Shown: in pieces, positions 48,434 to 57,251 of the stretch | How positions within the stretch are numbered: the stretch's first letter is position 1 | Layout: the number at the start of each line of letters is the position of its first letter | Virus record (IMG/VR): IMGVR_UViG_3300031344_000001 | Length of the DNA stretch: 64,000 nucleotides | Reading direction: 5' to 3' (one strand) | Origin: a virus | Lineage: Duplodnaviria; Heunggongvirae; Uroviricota; Caudoviricetes | Program-made: the position numbers and the translations under genes | Notes under the pieces: model-generated | What the model was told of the DNA's origin: nothing | Seen by the model: only the letters and a program-made list of their open reading frames with translations | Databases searched by the model: none

Positions 48434-49695
48434 CGCCGACGTGGCGCGTGTGGTCGGTGACGCCACCGGAGTGCCTCGAGACGGTCTCCTGCGCGTCGAT
48501 GCTCGACGCGGCGCGGGCGTGGGCGGACCGGCAGTTTCGCAAGGGACTTCTGCCGCGCAGCGGCACCGAGGTGCTCGTGTGCAGCGAGAACGACCCGCAG
48601 CCGCGGGCGTCGGCGTGCCGCGTGAAGATCTCGATCGTCAACGCGCCGGCGTTCCGCGCGACGTTCGCGGGGCTGGCGTTCGAGGGGCTCAACGGCATGC
48701 CGAACAAGGGGGGCGACCGTGGCTAGCCGCAGGACGCCAGGGCCATGCGTGTGCGGCTGCACATACGCGGAGCACCGTCTCGGCATGACGTTCGCGGACG
48801 TGCGTCGAATGCTGTGGGACCAGGAGGATCCGAACCGTCCGGGCTGGTGGCGGCAGAAGCGTCGGCACGGCGTGCTGGGGATGATGCGGAAGCTGAAGAT
48901 CCATTCCTTCTACGCGATCCACCACTACTGCGAGGACGCGATGGGAGTCGCCGCGTGAGCGCGAAGCACGCTCATCGCGTCAGCGCGGGGAAGCTTTGTC
49001 AGCAGTCGCCCTTCGCGGCGAACGTCGATGCGCATGAGGTCGTCGAGGGCTACCAGCTCGGCGCTGTCGATTGTCCGGACTGCTTGGCACGCCTTGCGGA
49101 CACGCACGCGGCGGTGGCCGCGTTTTTCCGCGCACGGTTGGTCGCGTTGTCGGCGCCGAAGCGGTGCCGGGCGTACGACGCGCTCTGCATCAACCCGAGC
49201 TACTGCGACGCGCGTGACGCTTGTTGCGCGGGTGACCCGGCCTGCCGCGCGGAGGTCCCGTGAAGAGGACCCCGGAGAAGGAGGTCCGTCCCACGTCGCG
49301 GCGCACGCTCCGCGCGCTCGGCGGACGACGCCTCGTGATCGAAGGCTTCGGTCGGCGCTCCCCCGCGTTCGTGGTGATCTCCGGCGGCGGTGACGCGCCG
49401 ACCGGCGCGTGGGTCCCTCCGGCCGAGCTGCGGCGCCTCGTCGCCGCGGTGAGGAGAATCCTGAAGTGAGTGCGACCGTGAGGACCTCGACGTGCGTGGA
49501 CTGCGCCACACCGATCATCGGTGACCGTTTGCGCTGTCCGGCCTGCCGTGCGGACCACACGGCGGCGAGCGAGCGTGTGTCCATGGCGACCACTCGGCCC
49601 TCGCTCTGGAGGGTCCTCCTGGCGTGGGTCGTCCTCATCGAGGTCCTCGCGGCGGTCGTCTTCGGGATGGTGCTCGCGGCGAGGGGGTGTACACC

Positions 49696-50649
49696 GTGAC
49701 GACGTCCCTGGCGCAGGTGACGGCCCTGGTCGACGCGCACGTCAACCACGACCACGTGCGTTTTCGGACGGTCACGCTCCAGATCGCCGCGCACGTCGAG
49801 GCACGGTCGGAGCGCGGGGCCGACCAGTTGCGCAAGCTCGTGGATCGTCCGCGGGCCGTCTCCTTCGCACCGTTGCCGAGCGCGAGCGGACTGCTGTCTG
49901 TGCGGCAAGATCTCGCGTCTCTCGACGACGTGGTGCTCGCGCCGAGCGTCCGCGAGGTGATCGACCGCGTGCTCCTCGAGTACGCGCAACGCGACGTCCT
50001 GATGGTCCACAGCCTGCGCCCGGCGCGCAAGCTCCTGTTCACCGGGCCGCCCGGCGTGGGCAAGACGATGACGGCCGGAGTGCTCGCGCGTTCGCTCGGG
50101 CTGCCCTTGTTCCGCGTCGAGCTGCACGCCGTGGTCGCGTCGCACCTCGGCGAGACGCCGGCGAACCTGGCCAAGGTTTTCGCGCACGTGAGCGCGATGC
50201 CCGCGGTGTACCTGTTCGACGAGTTCGACGCGCTCGGCGCCGACCGGGCGTCGGTCAGCGACGGGTCGTCCGCAGGCGCGGAGATGCGACGGGTTGTTAA
50301 CTCGCTCCTCCAGTTCATCGAGGACGATCGGTCGGAGGGACTCCTCGTGGCGGCGACCAATCACCCGCAGATGCTCGACCGCGCGATCTTCCGGCGCTTC
50401 GACGAGGCGGTGGTATTCCCGCCGTTGGCCAAGGTCGAGTTGATGGCGCTCGTTGACCGCGCGCTCTCGGGCTTCAACGCGGGGGCCCTCGACTACGACG
50501 CCATCTACGCGGCGAGCACGTCGCTGGGGCACTCGGACCTGTGCTCGGTCCTCGACCGCGCGTGCAAGGACCACGTGATCGCGGGGACGCCGATCGACAC
50601 TGGCCGCGTCGTCGAGGGCATCCGTCGTCGCATGGAGGCACAAGCGTGA
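49696..50649 (+). CDS. AAA+ ATPase resembling IetA-type ATPases
   Basis: N-terminal H..RF...LQIAAH, GPPGVGKT, FDEFDA, EMRRVVNSLLQ, AATNHP.LDRAIFRRFD. Confidence 0.8.
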   Translation: MTTSLAQVTALVDAHVNHDHVRFRTVTLQIAAHVEARSERGADQLRKLVDRPRAVSFAPLPSASGLLSVRQDLASLDDVVLAPSVREVIDRVLLEYAQRDVLMVHSLRPARKLLFTGPPGVGKTMTAGVLARSLGLPLFRVELHAVVASHLGETPANLAKVFAHVSAMPAVYLFDEFDALGADRASVSDGSSAGAEMRRVVNSLLQFIEDDRSEGLLVAATNHPQMLDRAIFRRFDEAVVFPPLAKVELMALVDRALSGFNAGALDYDAIYAASTSLGHSDLCSVLDRACKDHVIAGTPIDTGRVVEGIRRRMEAQA

Positions 50650-50878
50650 GCGACATCTTGAATGATGATGGCGCTGCGGCGCACACGGTGGTCCGCTGCT
50701 CGGGCGTCAGTGACGATGGGCAGTGCGGGCGCGAGCAGGCGATTGCTTCCGATGCTGAGGGGGTCGGTGTGCGCGTGGCTTCGAGGGTCGCGCCCGACGT
50801 CGTTGCGTGGTTGTCCTCTTTCGGGTGGCGTCAGGCGAGCGGGCGCTGGTTGTGTCCTTTTTGCGCGGGGGGTCGGGC

Positions 50879-52600
50879 ATGAGCACGCTCGACGTCGTCG
50901 CCGAAGTTCTCCGCGAGGTCGCGCCGCGAGCGCTCAAGGCGCGAGAGATCGTCGCGTACGCGGGCTCGCGACTGCCGTCGGCGTCGCGCACACCGCACAC
51001 GGTGGTGTCGCGCGACCTCGCGATCGACGTGCGGGATCGCGGAGCGGCGTCGCGCTTCTTGCGCGTGGACCGCGGCGCGTTCGTGCTCAAGGGTGCGCTG
51101 CCAACGGCCTTCTACAACGACAACGAGCCGTACGCTGCGCAGTGGACCCGCAACCTGATCGCCGCGGGAGAGATCGCGGCAGGAGTCGTCGATGAGCGAT
51201 CCATCCGAGACATCAAGCCTGCCGACGTCGCTGGCTACCGTCAATTTCACGCCTTCAGTGGGATCGGTGTCTGGGCCCGCGCTCTGCGAGACGCCGGGTG
51301 GCCCGCCGACGTCAGCGTGTGGTCTGGAAGCTGCCCGTGCCAACCGATCTCGCAGGCGGGTCTGCGCCGCGGCTTCGCCGACGAGCGGCATCTCTGGCCA
51401 GAGTGGTTCCGCCTCATCGCCGCCTGTCGACCCCCTGTCGTCATTGGTGAACAAGTGGCAAGCAAGGACGGCCTCGCTTGGCTCGACCTTGTATTCGCTG
51501 ACCTGGAGGGAGCGGGTTACGCCGTTCGGACGCTCGATCTCCCAGCTGCGAGCTGTGGCGCTCCGCATGCGCGGCAGCGCTTCTACTTCGTGGCCTACGC
51601 CCGTGAGAGAGGACGCGAGATCCTCGGCGCGCCATGGCTACATGATCGAGGGCAACTCGGGGACGACGCTGCTCGACGCGGCGAGGCTGACGGCGGAGAT
51701 TCCGGCGCCGTACCCGACGCCGCAGGCGCACGACCACGCGGCGCCCAAGACGCCGGAGCAGATCGTCGAGATGCGGGCGCGTGCACCGATGCGCTCGGGC
51801 GGTGGACCACCGGGGATCTCGAACCTCAACGAGGTGGTCATGCAGATGATCCCGGCGCCGTACCCGACGCCGAACGCTTCGTGCGGGACGCGGGGTGGAT
51901 CGGTGGACCACATGGACGGGCGGAGGTCCAACTTGATCGACACGGTCAAGCTGATGGAGGGGCCGACGAGCTGGGCGACGCCGGCCTCGCACGAGGCGGG
52001 CGGGACGCCGGAGCGATTCCTCGAGCGCAAGCGGATGGCGAAGGAGAACGGATCGAAGCTTGGGATCTCGCTGACGAGCCTGTCGCTCCAGGCGCAGTTG
52101 ACGGAGGCGCGTGCGCTGACGGAGAGCCCGACGGAGAGCCCGACGGAGAGCCTGACGGAGAGCCCGACGGAGAGTTCGGCGGAGGATCCGCCCGTGGAGA
52201 AGTCGGGCTGGTACGAGGAGCAGCTTGTGCTGCCGGGGACGCTGGAGGATTCCGACCGGGAGACCGCATCCGCCGCGCCGATGATCCCACCTGGGGAGGA
52301 GCCGTCCGAGGATACTGGGCCGACGACGTCGAGTGGATCTATTGCCGGCCGGAGCCGGGGCACCAAGACGGGCGCTGGCGGCCAGCTGGCGCCCGAATTG
52401 TCGCGTTGGCTCATGGGACTGCCCCCGGCGTGGGACGCACACGCGCCAAGCGACTGAGGGGGTACGGCAACGCGATCGTGCTGCCGGTGGCGACGGCCTT
52501 CGTCGCGGCGGTGATCGACTCTTTCGCCGACGCACGTTTGCAAGCGGACCGGCAGGAAGCTGAACCGACGTTTCCGTCGTGCGAGGAGGATCCTGCGTGA
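50879..52600 (+). CDS. C5 DNA cytosine methyltransferase (alpha frame) with N-terminal HARE-HTH
   Basis: FSGIG (I), SCPCQP (IV), GEQV (VI), PHARQR (VIII) and LRGYGNAIV (X). Motif IX is absent from this frame. Confidence 0.85.
   Translation: MSTLDVVAEVLREVAPRALKAREIVAYAGSRLPSASRTPHTVVSRDLAIDVRDRGAASRFLRVDRGAFVLKGALPTAFYNDNEPYAAQWTRNLIAAGEIAAGVVDERSIRDIKPADVAGYRQFHAFSGIGVWARALRDAGWPADVSVWSGSCPCQPISQAGLRRGFADERHLWPEWFRLIAACRPPVVIGEQVASKDGLAWLDLVFADLEGAGYAVRTLDLPAASCGAPHARQRFYFVAYARERGREILGAPWLHDRGQLGDDAARRGEADGGDSGAVPDAAGARPRGAQDAGADRRDAGACTDALGRWTTGDLEPQRGGHADDPGAVPDAERFVRDAGWIGGPHGRAEVQLDRHGQADGGADELGDAGLARGGRDAGAIPRAQADGEGERIEAWDLADEPVAPGAVDGGACADGEPDGEPDGEPDGEPDGEFGGGSARGEVGLVRGAACAAGDAGGFRPGDRIRRADDPTWGGAVRGYWADDVEWIYCRPEPGHQDGRWRPAGARIVALAHGTAPGVGRTRAKRLRGYGNAIVLPVATAFVAAVIDSFADARLQADRQEAEPTFPSCEEDPA
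51192..52457 (+). CDS. Nested +1-frame ORF: putative methyltransferase beta subunit (xPTP repeats + motif IX)
   Basis: 421-codon open frame with SWPTP, YPTP, YPTP and WATP units, ending QLAPELSRWLMGLPPAWD. True start uncertain. Confidence 0.7.
   Translation: MSDPSETSSLPTSLATVNFTPSVGSVSGPALCETPGGPPTSACGLEAARANRSRRRVCAAASPTSGISGQSGSASSPPVDPLSSLVNKWQARTASLGSTLYSLTWRERVTPFGRSISQLRAVALRMRGSASTSWPTPVREDARSSARHGYMIEGNSGTTLLDAARLTAEIPAPYPTPQAHDHAAPKTPEQIVEMRARAPMRSGGGPPGISNLNEVVMQMIPAPYPTPNASCGTRGGSVDHMDGRRSNLIDTVKLMEGPTSWATPASHEAGGTPERFLERKRMAKENGSKLGISLTSLSLQAQLTEARALTESPTESPTESLTESPTESSAEDPPVEKSGWYEEQLVLPGTLEDSDRETASAAPMIPPGEEPSEDTGPTTSSGSIAGRSRGTKTGAGGQLAPELSRWLMGLPPAWDAHAPSD
52118..52174 (+). 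repeat. 12-bp tandem repeat GACGGAGAGCCY (about 4.75 units)
   Basis: Reads DGEP in one frame and TESP in the other. Confidence 0.9.
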
Positions 52601-52700
52601 GCAGGTCGGTGCGCAGCATCGACGCGCGCTTGGGCCTGCGCGCGTCACGCGTCTTCGACGCGCGCGCGTCCATGCGCGTGCGCTGCACGGAGGTCTGCGC

Positions 52701-53138
52701 GTGAGGCCCGAGTCGGCGATGTGGCGGAAGCTCCGCCCACATTTGGTGACTGCCAAGCTCGACCCGGTGCGCGTCGAGAACCCGATCCATCCGGGCACAC
52801 CTGATGTCAACCTCTGCACGGGGCTGTGGATCGAGTTGAAGTACCTCCTCGGCTGGCCTGCGCGCGCGGGGAGCATCGTCCGGATTGATCATTTCACTCC
52901 GCAGCAGCGCGTCTGGCTGTTCCGGCGCTGGAAGTACGCGCCCGGGTCGACGATGCTCTTGCTCGAGGTGCGCACGAGTGGTCTGTGGCTCCTCTTCGAC
53001 GGCGATGTTGCCGCCAGGGTAGTGGGGCGCGCGAACGCGGCGGATCACCGCGCGAACGCGCGCGCGGTCCTCGCCGAGCGCGAGCTCTCGGAGCTTCCGA
53101 AGATTCTCACCGCGATCGAAAGGCCCCGCGCGGCGTGA
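52701..53138 (+). CDS. VRR-NUC / Holliday-junction-resolvase-like PD-(D/E)xK nuclease
   Basis: ESAMW...RVEN...GTPDV...WIELK...QQRVW. Confidence 0.78.
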   Translation: MRPESAMWRKLRPHLVTAKLDPVRVENPIHPGTPDVNLCTGLWIELKYLLGWPARAGSIVRIDHFTPQQRVWLFRRWKYAPGSTMLLLEVRTSGLWLLFDGDVAARVVGRANAADHRANARAVLAERELSELPKILTAIERPRAA

Positions 53139-55387
53139 TCGACCACGTCGCAATCTCGGCGCTTCGCGACAAGCACGACTCCGCTCCTCGGCGGTCGACG
53201 GTGCCGTGGGGCAAGCTCGTCGAGGCGTTCCGTAAGGTGCGCAAGACGGCGTGCGTGGTGGCGAACTGCAAGCACCACCTGTGCGCGCACAAGAACGGTA
53301 AGGCGTGGTCGCCCGCCGTCTACCCGCCGGGGACGCCGCGTCAGAAGCAGTTCGTCGAGGAGGTCTCGCTCCTGGTCGTCGACCTCGACCACCTGAGCGA
53401 CGAGCAGCTCGCTGCCGCGCTCGCGCCGCTCGTTCCCTACCAGCGGATCCTGCATGCAAGCCACTCGGACCGTCCGTCCGGCGTCACGGTCTGCACGTGC
53501 GGGAGCGAGCCCGGCGCGCTTCACGGGCCGGACTGCCCGTCGCGCGTCGACCGTTGCGTGCGCGCGATCATCACGCTCACGCGTCCGGTCACCCGCGACG
53601 AGTGGCCGCGGTTCTGGCCGACCGCGATGGCCTTCCTCAAGCAGCCCGCAGACCCGTCCACCTGCGACGCGAACCGGCTCTACTACCTGCCGTCGAGGCC
53701 CGGCGATGCGAGCACGTTCTTCTTCGAGGCGCACGACGGTGGTGCGCTCGACGTCGAGGCGGTCCTGGCGATCGCGCCGCCGGAGGCGCCGTCGGTCGCC
53801 GAGCAGCTCCAGGTCGATCCCGACGGTGTCGTCGAGCCTGGGCAGCGTCACGCGATGCTCAAGTCGATCGCCGGGGCGCTCCGCTTCCGCGGTGCGGGGC
53901 TCGCCGAGATCGAGAACGCGCTCCTGGCCGCGAACAGCGCGCGCTGCCACCCGCCCAAGTCTGTGGCGGAGGTCAAGGCGATCGCGCGCTGGGCCGCCGA
54001 GCAGCCGATGACGAACCGTCCGAAGGGCGGCGGTGGCGGCGGTGGTGGCGGCGGTGGCGGCGGTGGCGGTGGCGGCGGCGACGGCGGCGGTAGTGACAGC
54101 GACGGTCATGACGGGGGAGACGCGGCTGACGATCCGGACTTCCTGCGTGACAAGTACGGCACCCCGTACAACACGCAGTTCAACCTCGAAGTCGCGATCC
54201 GAAAGATGGGCGTGCGCCTCCGCTACGACGAGTTCTCTGGCGACGAGATCGTCGAGAACCTGCGCGGTTACGGCCCACGCTTCGATGATCCGGCGACGAT
54301 CAATCTTCGCCTGAAGGTCGACTCGATGTTCAAGTTCCTGCCCGGCCGCGAGCTGTTCCGCGACGTGACGAGCAACATCGCGCGTCGGAACCGCTTTCAC
54401 CCGGTGCGCGACTACCTCACCGCGCTTGCCTGGGACCAGCAGCCCCGGATCGAGCGCTGGCTCATCGACTACGCCGGCGCGCCCGACACGCCGTACGTGC
54501 GCGCGGTGTCGCGGATCGTTCTCGTCGCGGCGTGCCGGCGGATCCGGAAGCCTGGGTCCAAGTATGACGAGATGGTGATCCTCGAGAGCCCTCAAGGCAC
54601 TGATAAATCAAGTGGACTGCGTGCACTCGCGTGCGACGACGACTGGTTCACCGACGATCTCCCGCTCGGCAGCGACACGCGCCGGTTCATGGAGAGCACG
54701 GTCGGCAAGTGGATCGTCGAGGCTGGCGAGTTGAAGGGCATGGGCCGTGGCGACGTCGCGGCGCTCAAGGCGTGCCTCTCGCGACAGCGCGACGAGGCAC
54801 GCATGGCGTACGGCCACAAGAACACGCGCGTGCCGCGGCAGTTCGTGATCATCGGGACGACCAACGAGACCGACGGGTACCTGCGCGACGCGACGGGCAA
54901 CCGGCGCTTCTGGCCGGTGCGCATCCAGCGCTTCGACCTGCCGCGCCTCCGGGCCGACCGCGACCAACTCTGGGCGGAGGCGGCCGAGGCCGAGCGGCTC
55001 GGCGAGTCGATCCGCCTCGACCCGCGGCTCTACGAAGCCGCGGCGGTCGAGCAGGAGGCGCGCTTGCGCGGCGACGACCCGCTCGTCGACGTGCTTCACC
55101 GCGCGCTCGGCAACCGTACGGGCAAGCTCAAGGTGTCCGACGCCTACCTCATCTGTGGGCTGGAGGCGGGCAGGGTCAACCAGGACCAGATCGAGCGGTT
55201 CGGCCGCGCGATCCGCGAGCTGGGCTGGGAGCGCAAGCGCAAGCGCTTCGACGGCGCGCTCGAGTACGCCTACGTCAAGGGGGACGCCTCGCAGCGCGAG
55301 GTGGAGCTCGTCGTCGAGTACGACCCGCACATGCGGAGCGTGCGCATCGAGGTCGACGCGCACCAGCAGCCGCCCGTCCCGAACTAG
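53135..55387 (+). CDS. Primase-helicase: primase domain, PriCT-like, poly-Gly linker, VirE/VapE ATPase, C-terminal winged-helix-like domain
   Basis: VVDLD, GQRHAML...N..RCHPP..EV, FHPVRDYL, WDQQPRI, PGSKYD, QGTDKS, GTTN and DATGNRRFWPV. Confidence 0.88.
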   Translation: MIDHVAISALRDKHDSAPRRSTVPWGKLVEAFRKVRKTACVVANCKHHLCAHKNGKAWSPAVYPPGTPRQKQFVEEVSLLVVDLDHLSDEQLAAALAPLVPYQRILHASHSDRPSGVTVCTCGSEPGALHGPDCPSRVDRCVRAIITLTRPVTRDEWPRFWPTAMAFLKQPADPSTCDANRLYYLPSRPGDASTFFFEAHDGGALDVEAVLAIAPPEAPSVAEQLQVDPDGVVEPGQRHAMLKSIAGALRFRGAGLAEIENALLAANSARCHPPKSVAEVKAIARWAAEQPMTNRPKGGGGGGGGGGGGGGGGGGDGGGSDSDGHDGGDAADDPDFLRDKYGTPYNTQFNLEVAIRKMGVRLRYDEFSGDEIVENLRGYGPRFDDPATINLRLKVDSMFKFLPGRELFRDVTSNIARRNRFHPVRDYLTALAWDQQPRIERWLIDYAGAPDTPYVRAVSRIVLVAACRRIRKPGSKYDEMVILESPQGTDKSSGLRALACDDDWFTDDLPLGSDTRRFMESTVGKWIVEAGELKGMGRGDVAALKACLSRQRDEARMAYGHKNTRVPRQFVIIGTTNETDGYLRDATGNRRFWPVRIQRFDLPRLRADRDQLWAEAAEAERLGESIRLDPRLYEAAAVEQEARLRGDDPLVDVLHRALGNRTGKLKVSDAYLICGLEAGRVNQDQIERFGRAIRELGWERKRKRFDGALEYAYVKGDASQREVELVVEYDPHMRSVRIEVDAHQQPPVPN
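54026..54091 (+). repeat. GGC/GGT tract encoding a poly-Gly linker
   Basis: A long Gly run between the primase and ATPase parts. Confidence 0.9.
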
Positions 55388-55414
55388 TGCGAGAACAGCA
55401 ACACGAAGGAGAAG

Positions 55415-56212
55415 ATGCAGATGCAGACGCAGATGATCGCAGCCACGCAGCCGAAGTCCGTGACGGACTACCTCGACGCCCTCACCTGGGACGGTACGCC
55501 GCGAATCGATCGCTGGCTCGTCGACTACGCGGGCGCCGAGGACACGCCCTACGTCCGCGGGGTGTCGCGCGCGATGCTGGTCGCGGCCGTGCGTCGCGCT
55601 CGTCACCCGGGGAGCCCTCTCGACCAGGTGCTGGTGCTCGAAGGGCCGCAGGGCTGCGGCAAGTCGACGGCGCTCCGCGTACTCGCCGCGGACGACGCTT
55701 GGTTCACCGACGCCCTGCCGTCCGTCAAGGACGCCCGGCAGGTCATCGAGGCGACGGCGGGCAAGTGGATCGTTGAGGACTCCGAGTTGGCGGCCAAGAT
55801 GGCAGCTGCGGGGTTCAAGGCGTTCTTGTCGGCGACGCACGACGAGGCGCGCCTCGCGTACCAGCGCGAGAGCACGCGCGTGCCGCGGAGCTTCGTGGTC
55901 GTCGGGACGACCAACGCGACCGACGACTACCTGCGCGACGCGACGGGCAACCGGCGCTTCTGGCCGGTGCGCGTGCGCCGCTTCGACCTCGAGCGCCTGG
56001 CGGCGGCTCGTGACCAGCTCTGGGCCGAGGCCGCGGTCGCCGAGGCCGCGGGCGCGTCGATCGACAGCGTTCCCCCCGAGACGCAGACTGGGACCCTTTC
56101 GACCAACGGCAACGTCAAGCAGGCGATCGAAGCGATCACGAAGATCACCAAGATCCTCGAACCGCTGTCGCCGACGGATCGCAAGCGCGTGCTCGCGTTC
56201 GTCAACGCTTGA
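55415..56212 (+). CDS. Stand-alone VirE/VapE ATPase paralog fused to the 26597-type module
   Basis: WDGTPRID, EGPQGCGKST, GTTN and DATGNRRFWPV. 45 bp (55928-55972) identical to 54878-54922. Confidence 0.85.
   Translation: MQMQTQMIAATQPKSVTDYLDALTWDGTPRIDRWLVDYAGAEDTPYVRGVSRAMLVAAVRRARHPGSPLDQVLVLEGPQGCGKSTALRVLAADDAWFTDALPSVKDARQVIEATAGKWIVEDSELAAKMAAAGFKAFLSATHDEARLAYQRESTRVPRSFVVVGTTNATDDYLRDATGNRRFWPVRVRRFDLERLAAARDQLWAEAAVAEAAGASIDSVPPETQTGTLSTNGNVKQAIEAITKITKILEPLSPTDRKRVLAFVNA
56122..56207 (+). repeat. 86-bp dispersed repeat, copy 2
   Basis: Matches 26722..26807. Confidence 0.9.
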
Positions 56213-56221
56213 GAGGAGAAG

Positions 56222-56440
56222 ATGGCGCAGGTGCACAACGTTCCGGCAAAGACAAAGCTGACCCCGGTGAACCGCCCCTCGATCAGCGTGTCCGGTAGGA
56301 CCTACGACCGCCTTCGCGCGGCGCGGCCCTCCGGGGGCCTGGCGGCCTACGTCGAGGCGATCGTTACGGCCGCGCTCAATGATCCGGCGATCGCGGCGCG
56401 CGTGGTCGACGAGTGCCGGCGGGCGGACGCGCTCTCGTGA
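56222..56440 (+). CDS. Ribbon-helix-helix-like protein
   Basis: GAGGAG SD. SISVSGRTYDRLR. Confidence 0.6.
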   Translation: MAQVHNVPAKTKLTPVNRPSISVSGRTYDRLRAARPSGGLAAYVEAIVTAALNDPAIAARVVDECRRADALS

Positions 56441-56561
56441 CCGCAGTGGTCGTCATCGCGGCCCTCGCCGCCCTCGTAGCGCTCGGTGTCGAGACCGTGC
56501 GCTGGGTGCTCCGGCCCGAGGCCCGGCGGCTCCGTAGGATCCGAAAGATTGGAGGTAGGCG

Positions 56562-57014
56562 ATGACTCGTGAGAACAGGGATACCGACGATGTACGGAGG
56601 TTCCTGGAGGCAACAACGGCGGGCAAGTGGCTCGTCGAGGATAAGAACGTCGTTGCCGCTGCCGCCGTCCCCGTGCTCAAGGGACGCGCCTTCGTGATCG
56701 TTGGCACGAGCGGGTCGACGGACTACTTGAAGGACACGACTGGCGACCGGCGGTACTGGCCTGTCGTCGTCCCGACGGCGCCCACGGCACCCCTCTCGCA
56801 GGAGGCTCACGCTCGCCTCGACGCGCTGATCGCCGCGGGGCCCCTCTCCACACTGATCACTGTGGAGCCCGGCTGCGACGGCGTCCACGTCGACGGGGCG
56901 CCGTCGCAGCACCTGTGTACGCGCTGCTACCCGGACCCGCGGGGAGATCTCCCCGCGCAAGAAGATGAAGCGGGCGAAGACGATCGCCGAGATCCCGCGC
57001 AGGAGATGGAGTAG
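56562..57014 (+). CDS. Truncated VirE-derived protein
   Basis: RRFLEATTAGKWLVE...FVIVGT...YLKDTTGDRRYWPV, with no Walker A. Has TAGGAT and a GGAGGT SD. Confidence 0.65.
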   Translation: MTRENRDTDDVRRFLEATTAGKWLVEDKNVVAAAAVPVLKGRAFVIVGTSGSTDYLKDTTGDRRYWPVVVPTAPTAPLSQEAHARLDALIAAGPLSTLITVEPGCDGVHVDGAPSQHLCTRCYPDPRGDLPAQEDEAGEDDRRDPAQEME

Positions 57015-57017
57015 AGC

Positions 57018-57251
57018 ATGTCTTTCATGATGAGGATCGACGCTGCGCAGCGCAGGCCGCTCGAGCAACTCGCCGTGGACTACTTCACGCAGCGATCGGG
57101 GACGCCATCGATCGACTTCTGCCGCAGGGTGCTCGGTGTGCCCGAGAGCGACGACGTCGTCGCCCGGCGTCTGAGCGTCGCGGTGTCGACGGTGCGCGGA
57201 TGGCGAGACGTGGGGCGTCGCGCGACCCCGGTGCACTGGAGTGTCCAGTGA
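57018..57251 (+). CDS. Small HTH protein
   Basis: VARRLSVAVSTVRGWR. Confidence 0.55.
   Translation: MSFMMRIDAAQRRPLEQLAVDYFTQRSGTPSIDFCRRVLGVPESDDVVARRLSVAVSTVRGWRDVGRRATPVHWSVQ

Noticed and set aside
26722-56207. 86-bp repeat pair as a diversity-generating retroelement TR/VR
   Set aside because: The mismatches are not confined to adenines of one copy, and no reverse transcriptase is present in the window.
31051-56236. Long minus-strand ORFs (e.g. 31051..32568, 36550..38202, 48925..50643, 51441..53459, 53045..54595, 54608..56236)
   Set aside because: They are antisense shadows of well-supported + strand genes, expected at high GC, and carry no motifs. Only the same-strand nested ORF 51192..52457 has independent motif support.
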